Of a stretch of DNA of 64,000 nucleotides, positions 18,754 through 28,511 are shown in pieces; positions within the stretch are counted from its first letter, which is position 1; each line of letters opens with the position of its first letter. The stretch lies in NCBI GenBank assembly GCA_963528575.1, contig CAURUS010000001.1, positions 108,807 to 172,806 on the forward strand, given 5' to 3'. This DNA is from an uncultured Candidatus Saccharibacteria bacterium (lineage in GTDB: Bacteria; Patescibacteriota; Saccharimonadia; Saccharimonadales; Saccharimonadaceae). A program made the translations under genes and the position numbers. The notes beneath the pieces were generated by a model. That model was not told the DNA's origin, searched no databases, and worked only from the letters and a program-made list of their open reading frames with translations.

Positions 18754-20991
18754 ATGGAAAACCAACAAGCGAACCATAGAAAAATAAAAGTTGTTATCGG
18801 GATATTGGCCGTTGTACTAGCAGCAGTTTTGTTGTACTGGCTGTTTACCAGTTTGATTAGCATGAATCAGCATAATCAGACAAATCAAGGACCTAGCCAT
18901 AGTACTACTTCTCAAGTAGACGACGAAAATAGTAAGCCGCAGCGACCAGATTCGGATTCAGAACCAAGCTCAAACCCGGACGGCAAGAACGAGACTAGCC
19001 AGACCAAGACTGACGAGTCCACGAACAGTTCGCCTAGTGATTCTACCAAGACGGCTGGAAATGGCGTCTCGGTTGTCAGAAATCACAATACTTATCATTA
19101 CCGCCAAATAGCGTCGCCGGGCAGGCCGTCAATTCACAATACCGCCAACCATCAACCTGCGAATACTCCGTCCACTAAGCCCAGCAATAACAAACCGACT
19201 ACACCGCCCAATCCATCCAAGCCGCCTAAGCCAACACCCGAACCTGCACAAGCAGCTGTAAAAATCGTCGGCGCCGCAGAAGTCGGCTCAACCCTAATCG
19301 CGCAAATCGACGATCCTGACGGGTTGAAAGACGGCGGTATACGGTATTATCAATGGTTTGCCGACGGCGCGGCTATTCCTGGGGCTAGTTATTTCTCATA
19401 CAAGTTGACACCATCAGAAGTGGGTAAAAAAATCACCGTCAAAACAACTCATGCTAACAACAAAAACGTAATGAAAGATTTAATTAGCTCAGCTACGATA
19501 GCTGTCGGCAACGCCGCATCAAATAATAACCATGGTAGCGTCACCATCGACGGAATAAACCGAGTCGGAAAAATATTCACTGCTTACATTACCGATGCTG
19601 ATGGCGTGCCAGAGAGCGGTATTACTTACAGGTGGTACGAATTTTACGGTAAATTCCTGGGAACTGGCAAAACTCTCGTGCAAACCAAAGACCACCTCGG
19701 TATGCAAGTCATCGTCCAAGCCAGTTACACCGACAAGAAAGGACATAAAGAGAGCGTCACCAGCGGATTTAGCGGGTCAGTCGTTGATGATTTGGGCGGC
19801 GGTACTGGCGCGGGGATAATCAGTCCTGCTGCGACTGCGCCAAAAATTACTCTTCATGGACCAGCCAACGTCAAAGAAGGCGAAACCGCTGTTTACACGG
19901 CAACTTTAGACAAAGCAGCTAGTACCGATGTTAGCGCGGATATCAAAATCACGCACAATACTAGCAATCCGAACAATCTCAATGTCCGTTGGGACAGCCA
20001 GCGAGTGGTTATTAAAGCCGGAGAAACCAGCGCCAAATTCTACGTTGATACCAATGCCGGCACTGGCGGCAAGGGTAAGACTTACACCGTCTCTCTTAGT
20101 AACGCTGTCGCTGGTATGGTTAATAAAACAAATACCAGCCCTTCTACTACAGTCAATGCTCAATCGGTCTTTATGTTATCTTACGTTTATCCGCTCGCTG
20201 AGGCTGGCGGCAGCGAGTTCTCTGACTACTGGAAAGCGGTTCATACAGCAGGCAGCAGCAAAATCCCGTATACACTCATCATGGCAGACGGCAGTCCTGA
20301 CGCCAAGCTCGACCCAGGCTATGTGCGGCTGCTAAAAAAGAACGCCGAGCTTGGTTTCAAAACTGTAGCTTACATCCGCACTATTCATCAAACTCGCCCG
20401 ATTGCCGAAGTTAAAGCCGCCATGGCTAAGTTCATTGAACTTTACGGGGCAGATAAAATTCACGGATTCTATTTCGACGAAGTGTCGTCCAGAAATAACG
20501 GCGCAACGGCTTACATGGCAGAATTATACAACTACACGAAAAGCACCTACGGCAACAAGTTAGTCGTCGCCAATCCTGGTACGCACATCACCGACGCGAT
20601 TGCGCCATACGCCGATATTTTCATGACCAACGAAGGCACTGCTGACGAATATATTAATAACTATAAGACCGCTTACTCTGCCTTTGAAAAAGACCCAGCT
20701 AATTCCCATCGTATTTTCCATACGATTTATGCCGCAAAGGCTAGCGATTACCAAAAAATAATCAATTTATCGCGCCAGCGCAATGCCGGCTGGGTATTTA
20801 TCACCACCGATAGTACGATACCTGATGGCAGGCCGTATAATGATTTGGCGAAAAATTTCCCTAGCCTCGTTGATAGCGTCAACAATTTAGGCCGCCAGCC
20901 GCTTGATCCGAATAGGGTCACGGAACAGCCTTTGCTATCCGGTGCGATAATCAGCGGATCATCTGTCACCACAACTATACTTAGCCAATAA
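18754..20991 (+). CDS. Multidomain surface protein: TM anchor, S/T/P-rich linker, 2 adhesin-type Ig-like repeats, Calx-beta-like domain, C-terminal Spherulin-4-like (GH135-like) domain
   Basis: Anchor IKVVIGILAVVLAAVLLYWLF. Repeats ...VGSTLIAQIDDPDG...YYQWFADGAAIPGA...YKLTPSEVGKKITV and ...YRWYEF.... Calx-like VKEGETAVYTATL...VVIKAGETSAKFYV. C-term YVYPLAE...GFYFDEVS resembles PF12138 from memory. Confidence 0.8.
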   Translation: MENQQANHRKIKVVIGILAVVLAAVLLYWLFTSLISMNQHNQTNQGPSHSTTSQVDDENSKPQRPDSDSEPSSNPDGKNETSQTKTDESTNSSPSDSTKTAGNGVSVVRNHNTYHYRQIASPGRPSIHNTANHQPANTPSTKPSNNKPTTPPNPSKPPKPTPEPAQAAVKIVGAAEVGSTLIAQIDDPDGLKDGGIRYYQWFADGAAIPGASYFSYKLTPSEVGKKITVKTTHANNKNVMKDLISSATIAVGNAASNNNHGSVTIDGINRVGKIFTAYITDADGVPESGITYRWYEFYGKFLGTGKTLVQTKDHLGMQVIVQASYTDKKGHKESVTSGFSGSVVDDLGGGTGAGIISPAATAPKITLHGPANVKEGETAVYTATLDKAASTDVSADIKITHNTSNPNNLNVRWDSQRVVIKAGETSAKFYVDTNAGTGGKGKTYTVSLSNAVAGMVNKTNTSPSTTVNAQSVFMLSYVYPLAEAGGSEFSDYWKAVHTAGSSKIPYTLIMADGSPDAKLDPGYVRLLKKNAELGFKTVAYIRTIHQTRPIAEVKAAMAKFIELYGADKIHGFYFDEVSSRNNGATAYMAELYNYTKSTYGNKLVVANPGTHITDAIAPYADIFMTNEGTADEYINNYKTAYSAFEKDPANSHRIFHTIYAAKASDYQKIINLSRQRNAGWVFITTDSTIPDGRPYNDLAKNFPSLVDSVNNLGRQPLDPNRVTEQPLLSGAIISGSSVTTTILSQ

Positions 20992-21017
20992 TCGCATCAG
21001 TATGCTACACTATGTTT

Positions 21018-21611
21018 ATGGTTACCAAGGCAAATAAATCTCCCAAGAAGACTCGCAAGCAGCGTGTCAAACACATTACAAAAACAGACACTCACTTCAT
21101 GGTGCGCCGAAGCTTACTGGTGTATGCGATATTGGTTTTTGTGCTTTTTTGGCTAACAGCTATGAGCGTATATCTAGTCGACAGAATGGTCGTAGAATAC
21201 ACCAACACTGCCCGCTATAACCAAATTCATAGTATATATAGCAATTTGAAGCTAGATGAATCGTATAGACTGGCGGTTTATAAAAGTAATATTTCAAATG
21301 ATAAGTCTATCACTACAGAGTATGGGCATAATGCTTCCGTAAGTAAAACTCGTATGGATTTAACCAAAAAAATTAAAAAAGCTGGCTTCTCGCTTATCAA
21401 TACAAAAGATAAAGATACTATCGTTCAAAGCGATACATTCAAAGATACTAACGGCCATATTTTATACCTGAGCGTTATACCGCAAGCGCTACATAAAGAT
21501 TATGTATACGGCACCTCCGAGATAGCCAAGCCGTACACGAAGATGACCACTAGTGAATTCGACCATGATCAAACTAGCTACGTCACTATCAAAATAAGCC
21601 TTGGCGACTAG
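21018..21611 (+). CDS. Hypothetical membrane-anchored protein
   Basis: ORF with a basic N-terminus and one TM (LLVYAILVFVLFWLTAMSVYLV). ATG 21018 lies 6 nt after TGcTACACT. Alternative ATG at 21012. Confidence 0.55.
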   Translation: MVTKANKSPKKTRKQRVKHITKTDTHFMVRRSLLVYAILVFVLFWLTAMSVYLVDRMVVEYTNTARYNQIHSIYSNLKLDESYRLAVYKSNISNDKSITTEYGHNASVSKTRMDLTKKIKKAGFSLINTKDKDTIVQSDTFKDTNGHILYLSVIPQALHKDYVYGTSEIAKPYTKMTTSEFDHDQTSYVTIKISLGD

Positions 21612-21647
21612 TGAGATAATTGCCAGCAAAAATACGAAACGCATGCC

Positions 21648-21676
21648 TTGCATTAGATAATTTTTCGTGTTATAAT
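21648..21676 (+). promoter_or_regulatory. Promoter TTGCAT-17-TATAAT, 6 nt before ATG 21683 (leaderless)
   Basis: TTGCAT 21648-21653, TATAAT 21671-21676 preceded by TGt. Confidence 0.6.
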
Positions 21677-21682
21677 ATAAGT

Positions 21683-22396
21683 ATGGAGACTAAAGACAGC
21701 GAGTTGGATTTTGGCGAACTTTCAAAATCGACCGCGCAAGCAACTCGCGATGGATCCTATTACCCTGCTGCGACACTAGCGATAATGGCATACGATACAA
21801 CGTCAGATCCATCCGAAAAGGCTCGGATGGCGCGCGACGCGGGTAATGCCTATAGACATTTAGGCAAGTACGAAGAAGCTGAAAAGTGGCTTACTGAGGC
21901 AGTTAATCAACATGAAACTTTAGCCGAACAAGAACCAAATCGCAGCACGCTGCGCGAGCTGGGAGCTAGCGCAGCCATGCTGGCAACCATGCAATTGTCG
22001 CGCATAGCAAGCGATGAATTTGATACTCCAGAAAATAATACCAAGACTGTTGAAACTTTTCGTTACGGACTAGAGAAACTCAAGGATTCGCACAAACATG
22101 CCGACGGACTAAATCGTATTGATCAATATGATATTAATTTTACCGCTCGAGCCAGCTACGCCGAGACGCTTGCCGGCAATAAAAAGCGAGGCTTGGCACT
22201 CGGCGTCAGAGCGGTGCGGCTAGCATTCTGGTCCGAGTCGCCGCAGCTTGATACCACTAATACGTCCCTCAGCAAAAAAGAACGCTACAAAACCAAAGCA
22301 CGGGCACTCGTGCGCGGTATTGGCGCGCTAGCCGTTGGTATTGTTGCACCTATCAATCGCCGCGCCGCTAAAACTCTTGTTAGAAAACTTTCTTAA
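21683..22396 (+). CDS. Hypothetical protein with a TPR-like segment and C-terminal hydrophobic helix
   Basis: AGNAYRHLGKYEEAEKWLTEAV is TPR-like. Start set at the ATG after the promoter. Confidence 0.55.
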   Translation: METKDSELDFGELSKSTAQATRDGSYYPAATLAIMAYDTTSDPSEKARMARDAGNAYRHLGKYEEAEKWLTEAVNQHETLAEQEPNRSTLRELGASAAMLATMQLSRIASDEFDTPENNTKTVETFRYGLEKLKDSHKHADGLNRIDQYDINFTARASYAETLAGNKKRGLALGVRAVRLAFWSESPQLDTTNTSLSKKERYKTKARALVRGIGALAVGIVAPINRRAAKTLVRKLS

Positions 22397-24855
22397 GCTT
22401 GGTTCTGCTGGTTAGGCACATCGCCTTGCAATGGAGCTACTTGCGATTCAGATTCTTCAAAAATTCGCCGTACTTGCTCGACATCAATGTTCACCGAATC
22501 GCCCGGATTGACCGCCCCCGATAGCATGAGCTTAGCGATAGTATTCTCCACCGCTTTCTGAACGACGCGGCGCATCGGCCGAGCGCCTAGCCGCGGGTCG
22601 TATCCTTGCTGAACGAGAAGCTGTTTCGCGTCGTCATCAACAGTCACTGACACTTTTTGCGGCAATAGAGTTTTGTTGACGCCAGCCAGAATCAGATCAA
22701 GCACTTGCACCAACTCGGCAGGCGTAAACGGACGAAAGAGCACAATTTCGTCGAAGCGATTGAGAAACTCTGGCCGAAACTGGTTCGAACTAATCAATTC
22801 GTTAATAAACTGCTGTTCAAACTGCTCAAGCCGATAGCCGCGCTCGATATATTCGCGGATCCTATCAGCGCCAGCGTTACTAGTAGCAATTACGATGGCA
22901 TCGCGAAAGCTGATCTCACGGTTCTTGGCGTCGCGCAAAATCCCTTCGTCGAGTAATTGCAGGAGTGTAGTTAGCACTTCTGGCGCGGCCTTCTCGATCT
23001 CGTCGAGCAACACCACACTGAAAGGCTGTTTCATTACTTGCGCGGTCAAGCTCATCGGGTCATCCGCGCCATCAGCGATTAAACGAGCGACATCATCGGA
23101 GCGAACAAACTCATTCAAATCTAAGCGGATTAACTTGCCTTCGCCGCCAAAGTATACGTCGGCCAGTGCTTTTGATAGCTCCGTCTTGCCGACACCAGTC
23201 GGCCCCAGAAACAGAAAAGTACCAATCGGCCGATTCTCATTACGCACGCCCGCGCGAGCGCGGCGCAGAGCATCACTGACGACATTAACGGCGCGAACTT
23301 GATTAACCATTCGTTCATGAATTAAATCCTCCATATGCAGCAGCCGCTCGCGGTCTTCGGTCGTATTAGCCACGCTAACCTTAACGTCCATTGTCCGCTC
23401 AATCGCTTGCTGTACAGAATTCATGGTCACGATACCAGACTCGCTGAAACTAGCTGCCGACTCTAGCAATTTAAGCGCCCGGCCAGGCATAGCTATATCA
23501 TGAATGTAACGCTGGCTCAAGCGATAAGCTTCGTTAATCGCTTGTATCATATAAGTAACTTTGCGGTTGAATTCAATAGCAATCAACTGTTCTTGCAGAA
23601 CCTTTTTAGTCTCTGCTTCGTTGGTTTCGGCGACATTAATGCGGTTAAGCGAGCTGGCTAGCGACGGGTTGCGGCGGCTGATCTCTAGATAACGCTGTTC
23701 GTCCATGCTTAAAATTAAGCGTAGTCGGCCAGCATCTAAAATCGGCTGCAAGACATTTGTTAAATCTACTGACCCTACGCCCTCTTCGAAGAATAACTGC
23801 GCGTCATCAAGACAAACAATTATATTCTTGGCATTGTAAGCTTCACCTAGAACCTGCATGATTAAGTTTTCAAGCTCGCCGCGACCTGGCGCTGCCGCAA
23901 TCAACGATGCCGAGTCAAGAATGAAGATCTGGCGGAAGCGAAGATTTTCGGGTACATTCGCATCAGCGTCCAAAATTCGTTCCGCGAAAGCATGAATTAC
24001 TGATGTTTTACCAACACCAGCTTGACCGATAAGAACCGCGTTTTGCCGCCCGCCCGTACCAAAAGCTTCCACTAGCTGATCAATCACCTGAACATGCGAT
24101 GGTACGTCAATCGACAAGGTATTACGGCTAGCACCAATTTGCTCGCTGATATTCTGCCCGAATCGCTCAAGGTGCGGAATCCAGCCAAACGACCAATCAC
24201 GCGCCAAGCCGCCAGTCCGCCGCCGCTGGCCAAAATGCCGAACAATCTCCATCAAATGCTCTTGCCACAAAATACCAGCGTCCAAATCTTCATCTCCTAA
24301 ATGAGTTTGCGCTATTATCGATTGATAATTCGGAAAGCTCCTCACTAGCGCTGTAGCTAATACGGCACCGCTGATACAATCTAGCTGATTGGCTTGGCGA
24401 ATATCGTCAGCTACACTCCACAGTTCGTCAACGGAAATCGTAGAACCCTCAGCGATAGTGGCTAAAAATGACGGCGTCATACCAAGCCGTACCCCCATGA
24501 ATTGACCGCTTGGCACCTCACCAATTACTTTAGCAATCTCTCGCACATTCGGTTCTCGCGACAACCGGCCCAACACGTCGCCAGCTAACAAATCATCAAC
24601 TGAGCCGCCCCTACCAGCCGGCAGATCGTGAACGTGCCAATTATAAAATTTCACCGCCATATATAATACTGCCGCCAGAGCACCGCATAACCAACCTAGC
24701 GACAGACGCTCCATAGTTACTAGCATAGTACCCGATATCACTAGTAATAATGCTAACCATGAAAGACTTTTTGCAATCATCGGCGACAGCAGCCGCCCAA
24801 AGCGCGCTTCGCTGGCTCGCTGAGACGCATATCTAAAAGTACCTAAAGATGCCAT
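22393..24855 (-). CDS. Clp/Hsp100-family double-ring AAA+ ATPase with a 2-TM N-terminal anchor
   Basis: Walker A GQAGVGKTS (NBD1) and GPTGVGKTE (NBD2). Hydrophobic LSWLALLLVISGTMLV and WLCGALAAVLYMAV precede Clp_N-like repeats. No long M-domain and no IGF/IGL ClpP loop seen. Start at ATG 24855 overlaps the upstream stop. Confidence 0.85.
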   Translation of the reverse strand: MASLGTFRYASQRASEARFGRLLSPMIAKSLSWLALLLVISGTMLVTMERLSLGWLCGALAAVLYMAVKFYNWHVHDLPAGRGGSVDDLLAGDVLGRLSREPNVREIAKVIGEVPSGQFMGVRLGMTPSFLATIAEGSTISVDELWSVADDIRQANQLDCISGAVLATALVRSFPNYQSIIAQTHLGDEDLDAGILWQEHLMEIVRHFGQRRRTGGLARDWSFGWIPHLERFGQNISEQIGASRNTLSIDVPSHVQVIDQLVEAFGTGGRQNAVLIGQAGVGKTSVIHAFAERILDADANVPENLRFRQIFILDSASLIAAAPGRGELENLIMQVLGEAYNAKNIIVCLDDAQLFFEEGVGSVDLTNVLQPILDAGRLRLILSMDEQRYLEISRRNPSLASSLNRINVAETNEAETKKVLQEQLIAIEFNRKVTYMIQAINEAYRLSQRYIHDIAMPGRALKLLESAASFSESGIVTMNSVQQAIERTMDVKVSVANTTEDRERLLHMEDLIHERMVNQVRAVNVVSDALRRARAGVRNENRPIGTFLFLGPTGVGKTELSKALADVYFGGEGKLIRLDLNEFVRSDDVARLIADGADDPMSLTAQVMKQPFSVVLLDEIEKAAPEVLTTLLQLLDEGILRDAKNREISFRDAIVIATSNAGADRIREYIERGYRLEQFEQQFINELISSNQFRPEFLNRFDEIVLFRPFTPAELVQVLDLILAGVNKTLLPQKVSVTVDDDAKQLLVQQGYDPRLGARPMRRVVQKAVENTIAKLMLSGAVNPGDSVNIDVEQVRRIFEESESQVAPLQGDVPNQQNQA

Positions 24856-25226
24856 GGTATCCACCCCGATATTGCCGCAACAACCATTACCGCTGGCATC
24901 GCTGGCACCAATGGCCAAATAGCCAAACGCAGTAGACCAATCAACAGCATCAAGCACAAGGCTGCTACACCTATCAGCAGCGTTATTATCCTTATAAAGC
25001 CGCCAATAATCCGCGATACCAAGCGATCAAAAAACGCCCGCAGCTGCACCCCGATTGGTCCGCGCACTTTCCCGGCAGAAATTTGCCGCCACGGCGCGAA
25101 CAGTGTCTTCAGCAATAATCCCAGCGAAAACGTGTCGTATAATCGCTCGATAGATTCCCAAACATCTATTGCTGCCCGCTTCCATCCAACGCTATACCAC
25201 CACGAAATCATGCCCACAATAAACAT
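24843..25226 (-). CDS. Small multi-TM membrane protein, unknown
   Basis: MFIVGMISWWY...; 3-4 hydrophobic helices. Translationally coupled to the Clp-like gene. Confidence 0.5.
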   Translation of the reverse strand: MFIVGMISWWYSVGWKRAAIDVWESIERLYDTFSLGLLLKTLFAPWRQISAGKVRGPIGVQLRAFFDRLVSRIIGGFIRIITLLIGVAALCLMLLIGLLRLAIWPLVPAMPAVMVVAAISGWIPWHL

Positions 25227-25298
25227 ATGCTTTTTATTATAATTCAAAAAGCATTTGGACGCTACTATAATGCGCCAAAAACAGGTATAATGAGTTTT

Positions 25299-26576
25299 AT
25301 GCGTCAAACTCTCACGACTATGCTGGGGAAGACTGTCAAGAAAGCTGCACAGATTCGCGGCGGTAGCGGCTCAGCCTTACCAGGCTTGGTAATTGAAAAA
25401 ATCGACTCAGATTTTGTTAGCCGCACATTACAGCAACTACCAATGGGTATAGCACTCATCAGCGGCACTAATGGCAAAACCACTACCACCAAAATTGTTG
25501 TCGAATTACTAGAAAGCCAAGGCCTGAAAGTATTTACCAACCGTACTGGCAGCAACTTCACGCGCGGCGTGGCAGCAGCGCTATTAGGCGAAGTTGATTT
25601 GCACGGACGAATTAACGCCGATATTGCCGTGCTTGAACTCGACGAAGCCTATGCTGTTCACTTTGTAAAAGCAATCAAGCCAAACTACTGTTTGCTGCTC
25701 AACGTTATGCGCGACCAACTAGACCGCTTCGGCGAAATTGACAATACCGCCAAACTCCTCCATAATGTTGCAATAAACACAACAAAGTGCGTAGTCCTTA
25801 ACCGCGACGACCCGCGACTAAGTAGTCCTGATTTTGTAAACGATATTAAATCACCGCTGCGAAGTTTTGGTGTTAACCCAAAATATTCGCAGACTTTCCC
25901 TTCTGATGATTCTCTACGTAGTAGCGAGCAAAATGCGGCTAAATTGTACGCTGACGACACCAGTCTTGAAGAGTTTAAAGACCAGCACGCCGTTATCGGC
26001 TTCAACGGCAGCGATCACTCGGTGAATTTAAATCTGCGCGGCATCTACAATCTTCAAAATGCTACTGGTGCTGTTGCTTTAGTGCGCGCGATTCTCGGTA
26101 ATAGTCTAAATGTTGATTCTATGCTCAAAGCGCTATCAGGTATTAAGCCAGCTTTTGGCCGCGGCGAGCAATTAATAATAGATGGACAACCCTGCGAGCT
26201 AGTGTTGGTCAAAAACCCGGCTGGCTTCCGTTTGGCCCTAGCTTCGTTCAACCCAGCAAACTACGCCACTATGATAGCTATTAACGATGCTTACGCTGAT
26301 GGCCGCGACATGAGCTGGCTTTGGGATGTAGATTTTGATAGTTTACAAGAACAAGGCGTCGCAGCCGTATCTGGCGTCCGCGCCTATGACATGGCCCTGC
26401 GACTAGAATACGACGAAGTGCCTATCGATTTTGTTGATACCGACCTGGCGGTTGCACTGCGCCAGCTCATCACTAAACACACTCGCCAGCCAAAGCGCAT
26501 TTATTGTAGCTACACCGCGATGTTAGCACTACGACGACTACTAGCCCGTTATACCGACGTGGAGGAAATCCGATGA
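25299..26576 (+). CDS. murT: Lipid II isoglutaminyl synthase, Mur-ligase subunit MurT
   Basis: MRQTLTTMLGK...ISGTNGKTTTTKIV (Mur ligase P-loop). The N-terminus is co-linear with S. aureus MurT as I recall it. ATGA overlap with gatD. Confidence 0.85.
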   Translation: MRQTLTTMLGKTVKKAAQIRGGSGSALPGLVIEKIDSDFVSRTLQQLPMGIALISGTNGKTTTTKIVVELLESQGLKVFTNRTGSNFTRGVAAALLGEVDLHGRINADIAVLELDEAYAVHFVKAIKPNYCLLLNVMRDQLDRFGEIDNTAKLLHNVAINTTKCVVLNRDDPRLSSPDFVNDIKSPLRSFGVNPKYSQTFPSDDSLRSSEQNAAKLYADDTSLEEFKDQHAVIGFNGSDHSVNLNLRGIYNLQNATGAVALVRAILGNSLNVDSMLKALSGIKPAFGRGEQLIIDGQPCELVLVKNPAGFRLALASFNPANYATMIAINDAYADGRDMSWLWDVDFDSLQEQGVAAVSGVRAYDMALRLEYDEVPIDFVDTDLAVALRQLITKHTRQPKRIYCSYTAMLALRRLLARYTDVEEIR

Positions 26577-27301
26577 AAAAGCAACCGCAATCTATCACTA
26601 TCTTGCAACTTTATCCGCGCGATATGAACATTTACGGCGACTGGGGCAATGTTCTGACTCTCAAGCGGCGGCTAGAATGGCGTGGTTTTACTACCAAACT
26701 AATTGAATACAATGTTGGCGACACTTTTCCAGACGATGTTGATTTAATCGTCGGCGGCGGCGGACAGGACTCCGGACAGTTACGAATTAGTGACGACCTG
26801 CAAAAGATTGCCCCTCAGCTCAAACGATTAGCTGACGACGATTTACCAATGTTAGTTATCTGCGGTTTATACCAACTATTCGGCCGCTCGTTCACTACCA
26901 AAGACGACGACATAATTCCTGGTATCGGTATTCTTGACCTAGAGACAATTGGTGGTGACGAGCGCATTGTTGGTAATATTATCGTCAAAAGTCCAGAATT
27001 CGGTGAAATTATCGGTTACGAGAATCACTCCGGGCTAACTACGCTTAGCCAAAATACCACAGCGCTCGGCGACGTCATCAAAGGCATAGGCAACAATAAT
27101 ATTGATGGCCGTGAGGGCGCCCGTTATTGTAACGTTATCGGTACCTATTTGCACGGTCCGCTCTTGCCAAAGAATCCGCACATCGCCGATTGGATGATTT
27201 CGCAAGCTATAATCCGTAAATACGGCGCCGTCGTTTTAGACCCGCTTGAAGATAAATACACTGAACAGGCTCGTAATATCGCCAAAAAACGCCCGCGCTA
27301 G
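26573..27301 (+). CDS. gatD: Lipid II isoglutaminyl synthase, glutaminase subunit GatD
   Basis: CobQ-type GATase: MLVICGLYQLFG (nucleophile Cys), GYENHSG, GTYLHGPLLPKNP. Confidence 0.85.
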   Translation: MKKQPQSITILQLYPRDMNIYGDWGNVLTLKRRLEWRGFTTKLIEYNVGDTFPDDVDLIVGGGGQDSGQLRISDDLQKIAPQLKRLADDDLPMLVICGLYQLFGRSFTTKDDDIIPGIGILDLETIGGDERIVGNIIVKSPEFGEIIGYENHSGLTTLSQNTTALGDVIKGIGNNNIDGREGARYCNVIGTYLHGPLLPKNPHIADWMISQAIIRKYGAVVLDPLEDKYTEQARNIAKKRPR

Positions 27302-27350
27302 CCGCTACTTTTAACACTATCCTCAGATTGGACCTGCTATACTGGTAGAA

Positions 27351-28511
27351 GTGACCAAAATGAGCGCTGTAAAAAAACCAAAAATTAATCGTATTGTCAG
27401 CCTGGATTTAATGAGAGGCTGGTTTTTGGTGATAATCATACTTGATCATTTGAGTTATTTTCCAAACGGCCTCGTGTTCATCAGCGGCGACAGCAGATTA
27501 TACGTCACTGCCGCCGAAGGATTCTTTATTATTTCTGGATTAGTATTAGGTATTGTCCGCGGCGCTAAATTAACAGAGCGCTCGTTTAGATACGCTGCTA
27601 AATTGATCTGGCGGCGAAGCTTCATGCTATATCTAACCAGTATCATCATTACAATATTATCGATTGCGATCGGCTGGCATTTTGTTGGTAACGACGGCGT
27701 CAAATCGCCTTTGCCTCCGCTAGATAGCAATATCTTTAGTCTATTTTGGAGAACAGTTACTTTGCAAGAATTCTACGGCTGGGCCGATTACTTGCGTCTA
27801 TATGCGATATTTTTGGCTCTAACACCAGCTGCGCTTTGGCTACTGCGCCGCGGCAAATGGCACATCGTTCTAGCCGTCAGCACTCTAGTTTGGCTGCTAA
27901 CACCAAAGCCGGTTAACGAATTCACTCAGCCATTTACTTGGCAATTTATTTTTTTCATCGCCTTCACGCTAGGATTTTACTCGCCGCAAATTAAATCATG
28001 GTGGAATAGTTTGTCCGCCAAAACGTGGTGCCGTACTAAAACTGTCATCTTTACCCTGTTTATCATCACTTTTATCGCCAATGTTTTTGCCGAGTTTTTC
28101 GCGCCAGCCTTAAATGATAATCTTTCGACAGCTATTAATAATTTTCGCCCTATCCTAGCGGCCAGCTTCGATAAGCTAGCTCTGACGCCAACGCGCGTAG
28201 CTATGTCTCTACTCTGGTTTATTGGGTTTTTTATGATTTTCCAGCGTTTTGAAAAACAAATTAAACGCTATCTCGGCTGGCTACTTATTCCGTTTGGGAC
28301 TAATTCGCTTTACGTTTATTCAATTCATGCCTTCGTAGTCATGGGAGCGCATCTGATAGTCAATCCGCAATATGGCGCGCCGGCTAGTTATTTTAATTCT
28401 TTTGACCGTCTAGCCGAGGTTCCTCAAAACCTCGCGCTATCGATTTTGGTAATTGCAATTATTTACCTAGCAGTGCGAACCAAATTTTTGATGAAGATTA
28501 TTCCGCGCTAA
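27351..28511 (+). CDS. OpgC/acyltransferase-3-like polytopic membrane protein
   Basis: N-term RIVSLDLMRGWFLVIIILDH, about 10 TM. GTG 27351 lies 7 nt after TGcTATACT. Alternative ATG at 27360. Confidence 0.65.
   Translation: MTKMSAVKKPKINRIVSLDLMRGWFLVIIILDHLSYFPNGLVFISGDSRLYVTAAEGFFIISGLVLGIVRGAKLTERSFRYAAKLIWRRSFMLYLTSIIITILSIAIGWHFVGNDGVKSPLPPLDSNIFSLFWRTVTLQEFYGWADYLRLYAIFLALTPAALWLLRRGKWHIVLAVSTLVWLLTPKPVNEFTQPFTWQFIFFIAFTLGFYSPQIKSWWNSLSAKTWCRTKTVIFTLFIITFIANVFAEFFAPALNDNLSTAINNFRPILAASFDKLALTPTRVAMSLLWFIGFFMIFQRFEKQIKRYLGWLLIPFGTNSLYVYSIHAFVVMGAHLIVNPQYGAPASYFNSFDRLAEVPQNLALSILVIAIIYLAVRTKFLMKIIPR

Noticed and set aside
22393-22396. Convergent gene ends overlapping without a terminator (22393-22396; also 28498-28511)
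   Set aside because: Noted as compact genome organisation only. There is nothing to suggest a specific function.
26573-26576. Possibility of an alternative genetic code (UGA sense, as in some candidate phyla)
   Set aside because: TGA terminates well-conserved proteins at the expected length (e.g. the murT ATGA overlap with gatD, folD/upstream gene, tsaE/tsaB), so the standard code 11 applies.
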